From Podarcis gaigeae (Eukaryota), in NCBI GenBank assembly GCA_964106915.2, contig OZ066923.1: a stretch of 64,000 nucleotides of DNA. One strand, written 5' to 3'. The notes beneath the pieces were generated by a model. The model was not told the DNA's origin and ran no database searches. It worked only from the letters and a program-made list of their open reading frames with translations. A program made the position numbers and the translations under genes. Below are positions 26,328 through 55,801 of this stretch, one piece after another (positions within the stretch are counted from its first letter, which is position 1; every line of letters begins with the position of its first letter).

Positions 26328-26579
26328 TAGGGGTTAGCAAACTTTTTCAGCAGGGGGCCGGTCCACTGACCCTCAGACCTGGGGGGGGGGGGGCGGACTA
26401 TATTTTGAAAAAAAGGTGAATGAATTCCTATGCCCCACAAATAACCCAGAGGTGCATTTTAAATAAAAGGACACATTCTACTCATGTAAAAGCATGTTGA
26501 TTCCCGGACTGCCCGCAGGGTGGATTTAGAGGGCGATTGGGTCAGATCTGGCCCCCGGGCCTTAGTTTGCCTACCCATG
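26328..26579. mobile_element. hAT-like MITE
   Basis: AGGGGTTAGCAAACT...AGTTTGCCTACCCATG; homologous to 32543-32780. Confidence 0.8.
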
Positions 26580-27014
26580 CATTCGGCAGACCCCAGTTGA
26601 GAAGAGGTGGAGATGCTTCCTCTGGGAACTTTACAACAAAACAGAACAAAGCCATGCTTTTCAGGGCCGGCCCAATTCTCGTTGGCACCTGGGGAAACCG
26701 CAAAATGCCTCCCCACCAACAAAAAGGGGGGGGTGTAAAGCTCTACATTGGGACCTGCTGTCCTTGTGGATCTTCACATTGCCTCCTGTGTGGACTAGCG
26801 TGGACTCTTTGGGGCAACAGGTTGGAGCAAGAGTTTAAGGAGCAGTACTTTGGGGATAGAAATGAACCTGTATCCCAAAGAAAACGATCAGACCTAAGCA
26901 TTTAAGGATAGAGTGAAGTCTCACTGACTTCCATGCAACAGTCCTGCGCATACATGGATGGGAATAATGCCCATTCAGCATAGTAGGGCTTATTTCAAAC
27001 AAAGTGTTATACGT

Positions 27015-27470
27015 AGGGTCGCCTCTGGAGATAGTTCGGAAACTTCAGCTGATGCAGAATTCAGCAGCCAGGCTGCTCACGGGAGCAAGACAGCATGGTC
27101 ACATGACATCAATCCTGGTCTGACTGCACTGGCTACCAGTTAGTTTCCGGGCCCAATTCAAAGTGCTGGTTTGGACCTATGAAGCCTTAGAAGGCTGAGG
27201 ACCGCGATACCTCAAGGAACGCCTCTCCCCACATGAACCGACCCAGACCCTGCGGTAATCATCTGAGGCCATTCTTCATGTGCCTCCTCCACAAGAGGTC
27301 TGGAGGGGGGCAACAGCAGAAAGGGCCTTTTCTATAGTGGCTGCCCATTTGTGGGATGCTCTCCCCAGGGAAGTTTCCTTTGTTATATATTTTTAGGCTC
27401 CAGGCGAAAATGTTCATAACAGTGTACTGTATGTCCTTTTAAATGTGATTGTGAAAGGGGACAATTTCCT
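27015..27470 (+). mobile_element. L2 LINE ORF2 3' fragment (decayed)
   Basis: Translates to LQLMQNSAARLL...LHWLPVSFRAQFKVLV, typical of the L2 ORF2 C-terminus. Confidence 0.8.
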
Positions 27471-27601
27471 TTCCTTTCCTTTTTTTTATTGTGTCTGCGG
27501 TTTCATCTCTACACATTAAAAAGCTTCCTTATACAGGGCTGGCTTCAGATGTCTTCTAAACAACAACAATAAAGTTCTAGATCTTTGGCTGAAGTATACA
27601 A

Positions 27602-27602
<1 letters not shown>

Positions 27603-27637
<35 letters not shown>
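27603..27637. repeat. (TAA)n microsatellite
   Basis: Directly visible. Confidence 0.95.
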
Positions 27638-28295
27638 GGCTGATCATTTTGCTAGAATGTAATACATAAGCTAGTATACAATGTATATTTCTTATTAAAC
27701 TAGGGCCATGATCTGTTTTTCTAGAATGACAAAAGGGGGCGAGGGAGCTTTCAGCCAACTGTTGATTGGCTTATTTTTTTGTGATCTTTTTCACTGCATG
27801 GTTCCTCGAATAACTGCTGGTGTTACCAAAACAATTGAGAAATCCAAGGGAGAGTGTGCAACATGGATGATGCCAGCTCGCCCTCCTGTGGCTGAAGCAT
27901 GTATCTTCATCCATACTGATAAAGAATCTTGTCTTATAATTTCGCTTTCTGTCTTTTGCCCTTTGTACAGGCTCCTGTTCTTCCCCCATCTATGATATGC
28001 AGGACATGTTTTGGATGTGTTTTCCTGCAAGTAATAACTTGAAATGATGTGCTCTTAGAGGTTTCTGTGTGCTTGGTACCCCTCCTGGAGTTTCCTAGCA
28101 TGTACCAATTCACCAAATTGTGGCCTGAACTTGGCCCAGACCTCCTGGACAAATACTAGACTCATATATTGGTTCTGTGTAGGGATGTATGAACCTGTTG
28201 ATTTTGGATCTCTACATTTCTCATTTTTCCAAATTTTAATTCAGGTTTCCACATTTCCTTTGCAATTTGCAATTGTGTATGCTTCTGCATAAAAA

Positions 28296-28679
28296 GGGAC
28301 GTGGGTGGCGCTGTGGTCTAAACTACTGAGCCTTTGGTTTGCCGATTGGAAGGTTGGTGGTTCGAATCCCCACAACAGGGTGAGCTCCTGTTGCTCACTC
28401 CCTGCTCCTGTCAACCTAGCAGTTCGAAAGCACACCAAAAAGTGCAAGTAGATTAATAGGTACCGCTCTGGCGGGAAGGTGAACAGTGTTTCTGTGCGCT
28501 GCTCTGCTTTTCATGTTCTGTTGCACCAGAAGCGGCTTAGTCATGCTGGCCACATGACTCGGAAAAAGTGTCTGCAGATGAAGGCTTGCTCCCTCAGCCT
28601 GTAAAGCGAGATGAGCTCTACAACCCCAGAGTCGTTTGCGACTGGACTTAACTGTCAGGGGTCCCTTTACCTTTACCTT
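28296..28679 (+). mobile_element. Sauria SINE (third tail variant)
   Basis: Head to (ACCTTT)n tail; imperfect TSD TATGCTTCTGCATAA / TATGTTCCTGCATAA. Confidence 0.9.
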
Positions 28680-30957
28680 TATGTTCCTGCATAAGGGCTG
28701 GCTCAAAGACCAGTGCTTGACCACAGTGACAACAGATAATATATGTGTATATGAATGAGATATCACAGATATTACACTACAGACACTTCATTATCCTAAA
28801 ATGTAATGCTTTCCAAAGGAGTACCCTAACACATTCAGCTGCTTGTCATTATTATTTTAGTAATCAAGTGCAGAAAAGTAAATTGATGTACATTAGTGTG
28901 TGAATAGGTCAAAGTATTTATGGATAACTAATTAAAGTATTAAACTCAGCTCTTCCTGCCTAGTTCATTACATACAGGGGCGGAGCTACCTGCCCAGGCA
29001 CCCAGAGTGGCGCGGGGGCGGGGCTAGCCATCCGCACGGCAAGCGTGGGGGGGGGCACTGCTAGCTGCCTGCACGGCGAGCATACCTAGCTGCTTGCCAC
29101 CTGCACGGAGAGCAGGGGGGGCGCTGCTAGCCACCCGGGACAGCAATATCCCTAGCGGTCCACCACCCGCGCAATGAGCGTGGGGTGGGGTGGCGTGGCG
29201 ATGTCCCCCGCCCTCACGGCTGACACCCACTGTGCACCACACCCTCTACACCTTCCTCTGTCAGTGATTACACCTCGCCATTGTTGACTGTTCTCTAATC
29301 GAAGGTTTTGAACTCATTATCCAGAAAATGCATTTCACAATATCAGTGTTCTGTACTAATAAAGAGCTTATATGAGGTTTCCCTCTTCTCTGAAAACCCA
29401 ACTTTTCTGCAGCCTTCTGATGCCATTTCAAATTAAATTTAAATAGTACAGCAAACACACTATTTCTAGTTTTATTTAACAGAGTATGAGGAGCTCTTCT
29501 TCTCAGTTGGCCTCACCTAGAAGGTGGGAAGACATCTTCACCTTCAGAGTCTATCTCCCATGGGATAGCCCAACACATGAGGAATTAGCAGGATGGCACA
29601 GATTAGCCCCACCCCCTGTGCCAGCAGGCTTACTAGCCAAGGTCCTGCCAGCTGCTCCTATAAGGGCTGAGTGAAGAGTTCCTGTGCACACATGGACTGA
29701 TCCCTCACATGGAGAAGTTCCAGAAACATAGCTTGGTACGTGCATAGGGTCCTTTCTCACAGTTGACCAATATGCATATGGTTTAGGAGGGGTGTTTAAT
29801 GGGGGGCCCCGGAAGCCCCATGGTCCTCTCCTGCCTGCTTTTAATACTTTAAGGACATTGTCTGAACATCCTCATAGCTTCTGGTGGGTCAATGGGGAGG
29901 ATCTGCCCTCACCTATGCCCCCTTCTGGAGCTTCGGTGGAAAAAACTGGCATGATTATGAACACTACTAAAGACAACAAGCAAAGGAATCTCCAAACTGG
30001 GTGAGACCCACTGGTCAGCTGTCTAAAATTTCACAGAGCAGTAGCGGATGGTGCGGTCCTGCAGTGATTCTCACTTGACCTCCAGTTGGTCCTGTTGCTC
30101 CTGCTGCTTACTGAGAAGTAGGGGTGAGGGTGAGCTGATGGCTTGGTCAGCACAGTACCATGCATTGCTGGAGCCAACCCACTGCTCTTGGCATGCATTT
30201 GCAGCACACCAACCTCACGGCCACCTTGCCCATCTCTCTCCTAGTAAGCACCAGTGAAGCAACCAGCCAGAGCTCAAGTGACTACTGCAGTCCTGTCATG
30301 CTTTGCACTCCTGGCAAACAGGATTATAATGTGCTTTCCATAACAAGGCAGATACTTATTCTGGGCATCTGCTTATCTTTGACAAAATGTGGTAATAATT
30401 TGAATAAGGCTGCTGTTCATTTCTTTCTTTCCCTTTTAAAATAGCTATTTTAATAAAGATTTACTTGAGTGCAGTTTGCTGCACAATGATGAAAAGAATA
30501 GATGGAACCCGACCATCATTCTTTTGCATTAAGAGCATTGCGGTAGGAAGTCGAAATGTTGGGTTTTGCAGTTCCTTTTCCACGCTGTTGAGCTATGCTA
30601 CTGTGGTATTCAAATATTTATACTGGGAGGCTTTTTAAGGAAACTTCCTATTGACAGTATTTACTTTAGAAATAATTCATCGAACAACAGCATTCAGCAA
30701 TGCAGATAATAAATCAGTGAAAGTGCTGGATTTCAAAAGCTCATAGGTGTGCATATTGCGGATGTGGCAGAGGTCACTTGGGTCAGCATATACCATGTCC
30801 TTTCACTATTGATTCACCACTGTTGTGCATGTGTCAGCACCAGAGCTTCCGCTGGGTCTTGGACTAGAGACTGAAAGAATGGCAGGGTTTCTGCCTCTGC
30901 ATCACCACCTCAGCAAGGAATGAAAGGCTAACTAGCCACATGGCCCTTGTTTGTGTC

Positions 30958-31243
30958 CAGGGCCGGATTTCGGTTTGATGAGGCTCTAAGCTACTGAAGG
31001 TAATGGGGCCTTTTATTTGTCCAGCTGTCCTTTGTCAACAACAAATTGTCACTGTTTTGTGTGTTGAATATATGCTATATGGTAATTTGTGGACCTAATA
31101 GGTATCTAAAGCCAATTGCACATAACAAAATATGTATTTTATCAAAGTAAATCCAGTTTTTTCCCTTTAATTTTTTTGGGAGCCCCCAAGAGAGTGGAGC
31201 CGTAAGCTATAGCTTGTTTAGCTTATACGTAAACCCGGCACTG
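30958..31243. mobile_element. hAT MITE
   Basis: CAGGGCCGGATTT...AAACCCGGCACTG TIRs; 8-bp TSD TTTGTGTC/TTTGTGTT. Confidence 0.85.
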
Positions 31244-32542
31244 TTTGTGTTGTCCACAGCTGGTCAGGTAACACTACGGCTGAGCTTAAGTTTCTACAGG
31301 AGTGAAACGGGCACCAGGGGTCTCAGAAATGCCCCCCAAAGCACCTGAACTGCCTTTAAACTTGCTTCTTCTAGGAATGTTCACAAACTCTTCAGCCACC
31401 AAAGAAGAAGAGGAGACAGGCAGCACAGCACTGAAAGAGACAAGGGGCCACCCAATTGCTAGGCAACCAGGCAACTCACACTGTGCTGTACCAGATGAAT
31501 GGGAGAGCTCTCTGTCCAGTCAGCTGAATAACTCTCCCGTCGTTGTGTTACAAACTGCAGAAGAACATAAAGAGAGAGAGACTTGCCCTGGCATTGCCTC
31601 CACGTGCCCCGAACTCTTCCTGCGCCAGACCGTGAGACTGCAGCACAGTGCAGGAAGAGAAGGAAGTGCCCCCTGGTTGTGAAGACAGAGCTCCTTTCCT
31701 CCAAGCTATGCCCATCTTCAAAGCTCCTTCAGCACTAATGAAAGCTTGTAAATGGGACTACTGATTTCATAAAGAAAATCTGCTTCTGTTGACCAGCTTT
31801 ACCTTGTCACAATCCCAACAGCTCATCGGCTGGATCTGGTAGAGGGACTTGTTCTGTCCAATTGAAATTCCCACGTAAGTGTCATGACCTCGGTGCTGAT
31901 GGGATTGATTCCTTCTTGAAAGGGGCGTGTCTTTCCTCCCCCCTCCCCTGGCTGGAGGTGGCTTATGCATGTGGTGGAAGAAGAGCAGAAGTTCATCCCA
32001 CAGAGCCTCTCCAGGGCAAACTGACAATATCAACTATTTTCTACCAGCCTGGAAGACATGAAGAGTGTTATGCTATCACCTCTGTCACAGACATTAGAGT
32101 CCCCTCTATGCATTCATGGGGTAAATGACCAGTCACAATGGTCCACCTCTCAGAGATGGAGAGATCTGATTGGTTTTTAGAACTCTTCTGGGGATTTTTA
32201 CGTTAATGCTGATGGCTGCTCTGCAGGTGGTCTGGTCCTCCTCGAGAGCCAAAGGACCATACATGCAGTTGCTTTGCAATATGTTGCTGTGCAACATTAT
32301 GTTCTACAGGTTGTCATCTATATCCATTGCTGCCTCTATCTATATGAAGCTGCTGCAAGAGATATGCTGAAGTTTTGGAGTGAGCTGACATTTCCATGCT
32401 GATGACAACCAGTTCTACTCTTTTTGGTTCCATAGCACCATCCTAAACTTGTATATGGCAGGGCCAGGGAACCTGTGGCTTCCTTGATGTTGCTGGGCTA
32501 CAGTTTCTGTTGGCTTCAGCCCCCATGGCCAATGGTTTGGGA

Positions 32543-32780
32543 CAGGGGTCAGCAAACTTTTCCAGCAGGGGGCCAGTCCACGGTCCCTCAGATCTTGTGG
32601 GGGGTGGGACTATATTTTTGGGGGGGAAATGAACGAATTCCTATGCCCCAGAGATGCATTTTAAATAAAAGGACACACTCTACTCATGTAAAAACATGCT
32701 GATTCCCGGACCGTCCATGGGCCGGATTTAGAAGGCAGTTGGGCCAGATATGCCCCCCAGGCCTTAGTTTGCCTACCATG
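32543..32780. mobile_element. hAT MITE nested in a palindromic MITE
   Basis: 8-bp TSD GTTTGGGA/GTCTGGGA. Confidence 0.85.
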
Positions 32781-33144
32781 GTCTGGGATAATGGATGTTG
32801 TATCCCAACAATAGCTTGTGGGCCATGGATTTCCCCATCTCTGGTGTGGTTACTAATAGACTGGATAGGAAAAAACAGCCTTGAGTTCAATATAGTCAAG
32901 AATTATGGAACTTCTAGGATCTTTAGACTTAGGAAGAAAAAACCTCATAGATCAAAATTATGTCTCCTATGGCGCATCAGGTGATCCGAGTTTTGGTGTG
33001 TGGCAGCAGTTGCTGTGGCAGCAGTAGCTCCAAGTGCCGTTTGCCAATTATACATCATCTTACATCTTCAACCTTTACTACAAGATGAGGGCCTGGCCAC
33101 TGTTGTCCATGCATCTGTAACCTCAGTAACAGACTACTGTGATA

Positions 33145-33385
33145 CAGTGGTACCTCGGTTTACGAACGTAATCCATTCTGGGAGTCCGTTCTTAAACCGA
33201 AAGTGTTCTTAATCCGAGGCGCGCTTTCCCTAATGAGGCCTCCTGCTGTCAGTGCCCTTCCACCGTTCAGCTTCCGTTCTTAGACCGAGGTAAAGTTCAC
33301 AATCCGGGACACTGCTTCCTGTTTTGCGGAGTTTGTAAACTGAATAGTTCATAAACAGGGCTGTTCTTAAACTGAGGTACCACTG
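33145..33385. mobile_element. Tc1/mariner (Tigger-like) MITE
   Basis: CAGTGGTACCTC...GAGGTACCACTG TIRs. Confidence 0.85.
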
Positions 33386-34542
33386 TTTATGTTATGTCAG
33401 GCTGTCCTTCAAGAGGGGTCAGAAACTGCAATAAGTGAAGAATGAAGCAATCTGTCTCTTGATGTGAATCAACAGCAAGTCGTGTTGACTTCCTATGAGC
33501 TTCTGCACTCCATTTAACTTTTTGAAGCCTTAAACCAGCCTAATACTTGCACAGCTTAGTGCTGACGTCTCCATAGAGGGACCCCCTGCTTGTTTCAGAT
33601 TGAGCCAATGAGTTTTTGTAAGTTCAGCAAAACCAGGAAGCACAACATTATCTATCATGCTCCCACTCTGGCATTACAGAGTTTATGTAGGCAAATTAAA
33701 ACCTACTTAACCAAACAAGCTTTTGGTGATATAGCAACATTTGCATACATTTTATTGACAAAAACTGCTTTGGTTTTCTATTAAGAGAGACCATACTATG
33801 AAATTTAACCCAACAGATAGACAAATGTGTCAGAAGACTTGCCACTTAAGACTTGGGGGGGGGGGGTTAGGGGGAGAAGACAGCTGCCCTCTTATCCAGA
33901 TGATGCTATCACAAACAGTAAGAATTTCTTTTATTTATCATTTTTCTATTAATCCTGCTGATGTGATAGCAAGGGCATTTTTATTTCAGCATGTGCAAGG
34001 AAAAAAATTAGGACATGATCCAGTCAACATGATCCAATGGATTTCACCAGTTAATCCACAGGCTTCATTGTCTTCCACTGTGATCAACTGAACTTAACAG
34101 TGCTTAACTTTGGCAGAATTGTGTTCTTTATATATTTTGCTTCCCCACAACTTATCATGAAGCTTGTAGCACCAGTTAATCGACACCCATGAAGCAATGC
34201 CAATCACAACTCCGTGTCAACATTTTAGATAGAGATTTGTGGCACTGTAAGCAAATTTGCCAATGGAAAAGTTTAGAATTTCAGATTGCAGTAGGGTACA
34301 GGCAAACAAAAATTCTCAGTAAGATCGAAAGAATTGTGGGAAATTAAATTAGAAGGGAGGGAGAACATTGTGCCTCCAATGAAGTTACTCTACCCAATTT
34401 GGCTGTGTTAAATTGTGGTTTGACACAAACATTTTAGCAAGTCAAAAAGGACTAGTATTTACAATATTGTGTCTACTCCTCTCTTTTTGCTTTTGCAACT
34501 CAGACCAATGCATGTTTACTTCACAGTAGGGATGGAGGAAGT

Positions 34543-34908
34543 GGGATGCGGGTGGTGTTGTGGTCTAAACCACATAGCCTAGGGCTTGCCGATCAGAAGG
34601 TCAGTGGTTTGAATCCCCGCGACAGGGTGAGCTCCAGTTGCTCGGTCCCTGCTCCTGCCAACCTAGCAGTTTGAAAACACATCAAAGTCCAAGTAGAGAA
34701 ATAGGTACCACTCCGGCAGGAAGGTAAATGGTGTTTCCGTGCGCTGCTCTGGTTTGCCACAAGCGACTTAGTCATGCTGGCCACATGACCCGGAAGCTGT
34801 CTACGGACAAACGCCGGCTCCTATGGCCTATAGAGCAGGATGAGCGTGCAACCCTAGAGTCGTCCACAACTGGACCTAACGGTCAGGGGTACCTTTACCA
34901 TTACCTTT
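34543..34908 (+). mobile_element. Sauria SINE downstream of the GNAT3 stop
   Basis: TSD TAGGGATGGAGGAA / TAGGGATGGAAGAA. Confidence 0.9.
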
Positions 34909-35366
34909 TAGGGATGGAAGAAAAAAATTCTAGCTCACATATTTGAGCAAATCAACCTACCTTCCAGATTAATCCATAGATCACAATGTAAATATCCTTC
35001 AGAGTTCTCAGTTCTCTGAGTTTTGCTAGGTCAGCTGAAAAATGCTCAAAGAGCATATTTTAGGATTATATGTGATTAGAAAGGTGTGCATTTGAGATAG
35101 ATGATGTATTTAAATATGTATCTTGTTCAAATACATATTTTTGAACTTTCAATTTTTTTAAAAAAAGCACTTTTTTTGAGAAATGGGATAAAAGAGACTT
35201 ATGAACACACACGGGGAACTGACACAAACTAGTAGCAGACTGATCCATCCATCCCTACTCAAAAGTAAGCCCAAGAGGTTGCAATGAAAGCTTACTTTGA
35301 GGAATGTATGGCATCCTTAACCAGAAAGAGAGAAAGAGCAGGATGAAGGTGGCCCAGGGGGAAGAG

Positions 35367-51504
<16,138 letters not shown>

Positions 51505-52189
51505 AACTGTGGAGCTAAATTATTAGCTTATTGTCCAAGCAAGCTGGCAATGTCTAATCACAAGGAGCCTAGTGCAGAAGTCTTACAATGGAGCTTAGTT
51601 ATTCCCTAGTCAGCCTTCTTTCTGCTGCCTGCCTTCACTCCAAAGAGCAGCTTCTGGTCTGTCACATGTCTCAGAGGACAGGACAGAAGGGATTTTGTAG
51701 ATGCCCATGAAGTCAGCTTGCTATGATGTCAGACATGTAAATGTACCACATTGCTGCTTTACCTTTGGAAAAACATGTGTAAAAAGCACAGCAATGAAGG
51801 CGACGACTCTGTGTTTGTGACACCAGCGGTGCTTGTAGCGCAGAGCAATTTCATAGGGGAGGGGGGATATGTGGTGCAACCAAAGTAAAGCAGTATGTTT
51901 TATTCCCATTGATCAAAACAGTTAGGCACATGCTTAATAGAATGAGAAAATCAGGGACCATGTCAGATGCTGCTGTTGCTGCTGATTTATCTACCCATCA
52001 CCTTGTGGTCCCAGGGCAGCTTATAACATTAAAACACAGAAGTTTTAAAAAACTTACATGTTGTGTTCACCTCCATGCCTTTTTATCCTTAGCCCCCCTT
52101 TTTTGGCTTCATAACCCCCCACATTGTTTGCTTTTTATTCAGCTGTGTTTTTATTCCATGACACAGAAGGCTTACCTTTTCCAAATGTA

Positions 52190-52340
52190 CTCTTCACAAC
52201 AACCCCGTGAGGTAGGTTTGACTGAGCAGGAATAATATCTGGCTGAAAATCGCGCCAATGCAATTCATAATTGAGCTGAGATTTGAACCTGGGCCACCCC
52301 CACCGAAGTCGAACGCTAGAGCTACTGCACCATACTGGTT
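52190..52340 (-). mobile_element. Old MIR/Ther1-related SINE fragment
   Basis: TCACAACAACCCCGTGAGGTAGG...GATTTGAACCTGGG core. Confidence 0.6.
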
Positions 52341-52784
52341 CTTTATTGTAAGCTCTTTGGGGCAGGGATTTGTGTTTTGGGGGATTTAATGTCATATACA
52401 TACTTGGATGGTTCACTAATGACAACAACAACTGTCAGACCACAAAAGTCAGTGGGACCTTTAAAGTGATTGGAGTGTCTGTTTGTCTGGTTGTGTCCTT
52501 TGCTATTGAGGGGGGAATAGCACTCTCTGTCAGCAGGCAAACCAACTCCATTGGTGTCTCCCTGTTCAATGAGGCCAGTTCATTAAACTTCACAGCTATG
52601 GCAGAAGGCTACGTAACAACAGGGTGGGAGCTCTGTCTTCCCCCAAAACTCTTCCTTCCCATGCTGCTCTGCATGCATGTGGCAAATGAGGCAGTTGCTT
52701 CTCTTGCAACTCTCATCCAGAAGGAGAAAAGGTGGTATTCATGTGGGAAAGGGACAACGTAATTGATCCAACACCTATACATGA

Positions 52785-53095
52785 CGTTGTTGGCATTCCA
52801 CTGTCTCAAGAAGCAATGGAGTGTGCCTCTGGGGTGAGGTCAAACCACTGCGTCAGTAGCACTGAAGTGACCTCCCTGGGGCATAAGCCTGGGCAGTATG
52901 TATGGAGGTCCTGGGCTGCCCAGACAACATGACCCCCCTCTTGCCTCACTGAAGTGATCCAAAGGAAAGCAGAGCAATCCGTTTGGCACCAGCTTGGCTG
53001 CAGGAGTTGCCAGAAGGAGGCGTACAATGCGTCTTGCATTTGTGTAGGGTTTACTCCTTAGCCTTTTCTTCTCCTGAAGACGTCCCACAAGGCAG
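52785..53095 (-). mobile_element. Non-autonomous RTE-type retroposon with (CAA)n tail
   Basis: Inverted homolog of 58605-58912; another fragment at ~18030-18080; clade assignment from recall. Confidence 0.6.
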
Positions 53096-54349
53096 GAGAG
53101 GTTTAGGATCAGAGTGACCCTCTTAGCCACTGCTGTCAATGGAAGGCAATATTCAGTGCACAAGAGCAGGAGCTGGGCCTTTGCACAGGAATGGAGACCT
53201 GGAACCCCAGCAGCATACAAGCAGCCTGCTCTGTGAGTGCCAATTGCCCCTGCCTTGCCTGCCTTGCTTCCAGTCATCCTATGCTGCTGAGGTTTTGCAT
53301 CCTTTTTTGCATTGTTTGAAAGCCCAATGCAGTGATAAGCATATCTGGGGGCCTCATTTATTTTTCAAAATTACAAACAGACCACAAGATTTGGTTTGGA
53401 CCTCACTTCTTCAGAAAACAGCCAATTTGGTCTGGTGCGTCAGAAGCTGCCTGGTTTGGTTTCACTCCACACCCAAATCCTAGTTTCGAAAAGCAAAGTT
53501 TGGTGACTTCCCAATGCACTATAGGGAAATCTAGAATCAACTATACCCCTCCCCCCTTTAAAGTGTTAGGTAGACTTTGCAGGCACAGTAGCCTTTCCAT
53601 CCATCCAAATGTCCGAGAAATAGGTCCAGGGTTTTTTCTTCCATGAATTGTCTATACTTTTATTATTTATTATTCTTTCATTTTTGGCAAAAACTAATAA
53701 AATTTGCCTCTTTGGAGGAGATGGATCCTGTCAAATTTCAGAAAGATAACCGTAGCGATTTTTCTCACACGGCCTTTACAGTTTGGAGATGGTTAAAAAA
53801 TGACTCACTTAATCTTCCCTATTGTTTGTTAGCAATATATACATCCAGTAGTAATATACATCCAAGAAGTGTAAAAAAAAATCCTGCCAAAGAGATGAAA
53901 GGGGGCTGTGGTGGGTGCTTTAAAGTGGATTTTGGGGGTATCCCTTCTCTCCCTGGGTTTTTGGGAGAGCAAAAGGTTTTCTGTGATGAACATGGCATTC
54001 AATGAAGAGATGCGCCAGAAGAGTAACCTGCAATATTTCAGAAAGAGGAGTGCAGGGACCAGAGAGTTAAGATGAGTGGAACAAAACAGCTTCAGGACTG
54101 TGTTCTGCTCAGCTGGCACCAAAAATCACATAAACTAAATTGCAGATTTGACAGGAGCAGAAATGTGAGCCTGTGGCACCCAGGCAGGAGGACTGGAAAG
54201 CCCAGTGCTACCCAAACCATGAGCAGAACTAGCAAAGAGCACAAAACAGACAAGAACAAGGCTGGATTTAGACCACGTCAAAGTAACAATTCAGTTAAAC
54301 GCGTTGTAAACTCACACAGGGAAATCCAGTAGGGAAAGACGGGACTCCA

Positions 54350-54368
54350 CAGTGCCACCTGGTGTCAC
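54350..54368. promoter_or_regulatory. Candidate CTCF site ~2.85 kb upstream of the GNAT3 ATG
   Basis: CAGTGCCACCTGGTGTCAC matches YAGYGCCMYCTRSTGG except at one position. Confidence 0.5.
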
Positions 54369-54526
54369 AGTGTTATATCGCACATAAAATGCTTTTTCTT
54401 TATCAATCTAGCTGAGTCCAAAGTGATACATTGCTTCAACCACCATGCCCCAAACTTCTGCAGTTGAAGAGCCTTGGTAAAATTATTTCCTCTGTTTAGA
54501 AGTTAAACCTGTCAGTCACAAAAGAG

Positions 54527-54531
54527 CTCTC

Positions 54532-54565
<34 letters not shown>

Positions 54566-54581
54566 CCCCCCCCCCCCCCCC
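54527..54581. repeat. (CT)n plus poly-C tract
   Basis: Directly visible. Confidence 0.93.
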
Positions 54582-55801
54582 GCTACTCTCAGTCACCCTG
54601 TCATTTCACATGTCAAACTTTGGGAACAAATGTTTCTGGTTTTTTTGCAGACATGGTGCCTTATCAGAAATGCCGGTGTATTATCTGGATACCATTTACA
54701 AAACAACAACATTTATCATCTTTGAAACATGCAAATCTAAAACACCATACAACCCTGCCCCCCTCAAACCCTACACAACAAATGGCATTTTGAAATGATG
54801 GCTCTATTCTCTTCCATGTAGTGGCTGGTGCACCAAAAGCCATTTTGAGCCACAGGTGAGAACTCAGTTGTTTTCACTGAAAGCAGAACACTGGAAAATC
54901 TTTCCATGGCTTCACTTTAAGCAAATTGAAATGACAGTATGGGCCTGGAGATCCTGGGATGTCATCATTTAGGATAGAGTGTCTGTGAGATGGCATGTCA
55001 CGGCCCATCCCAGATAAAGAAGAAGCACACGCCTGATATTTTACTGTCTATTAGCAAGAGAAACCTTTGCAGCAGCTTCCGTGGTGCTCCAGATACACAC
55101 GACGCATGCCTGCTTCTCGCCTGTAGACAGTGGTCCACCGGTCTGGGCCTTATGAAGCAGTTGCAGCAACAGTGGGGCCCCTCTGCTCCTTTGGCTTATA
55201 TACCCTCCTCCGATGGGCTGCGTGCCCACCACCTGAGACGTTTCCTGCATGGAAGTCATTGCTGCTCTGCCTTTTTCATGCCCCTCCTGGTTCCAGGAGA
55301 CTCTGGGGTGGGGGGAGGTGGGGGATCTACTGACCCATCCATTGCCTGAACTGCCCCTTCTTCCTCAGCTACATCCTGCACATCTTCCTCTGCCTTTGAC
55401 TGCCCTGACTCTCCCTCCTCCCCTAGCTCCTGCCTTGTGGGTGGCACGACTGGTCCCCTCTCCTGGGTCACTCCCCTGGTCTCCTGCCTTCACCACATTC
55501 TTTTCAGGAGCCCTGCAAGGCTCTGACATGGCAGATTTGGCCCAACAGCTTTCTTCAAGCCTAATTTTGGGAGAGGCGAGAGAGTGGGAATGTGTGGTTG
55601 CAGAGTGAGCACAATGCCCACAACATGCTCTCTGGTTTGCAAATGTGCCCACGAGCCCCAAGTGTTGGAAGCCCCCGAGACTGTGTTTTTCTATGTTGCT
55701 TTCTCTCAAAATACACATTTTCAAATGCATTTTGAGAGCTCATTTGGGTCAAGAACTGGGTTGGAACAGTATGTAACAAAGTTCTGGTATGCACATTTGT
55801 C

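Larger units (their letters stand above)
32165..33540 (+). mobile_element. Decayed L2 RT fragments interrupted by MITEs
   Basis: IYMKLL...HADDNQFY (degenerate YADD) near 32340-32420; LATVVHASVTS..DYC near 33090-33140; boundaries approximate. Confidence 0.65.
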
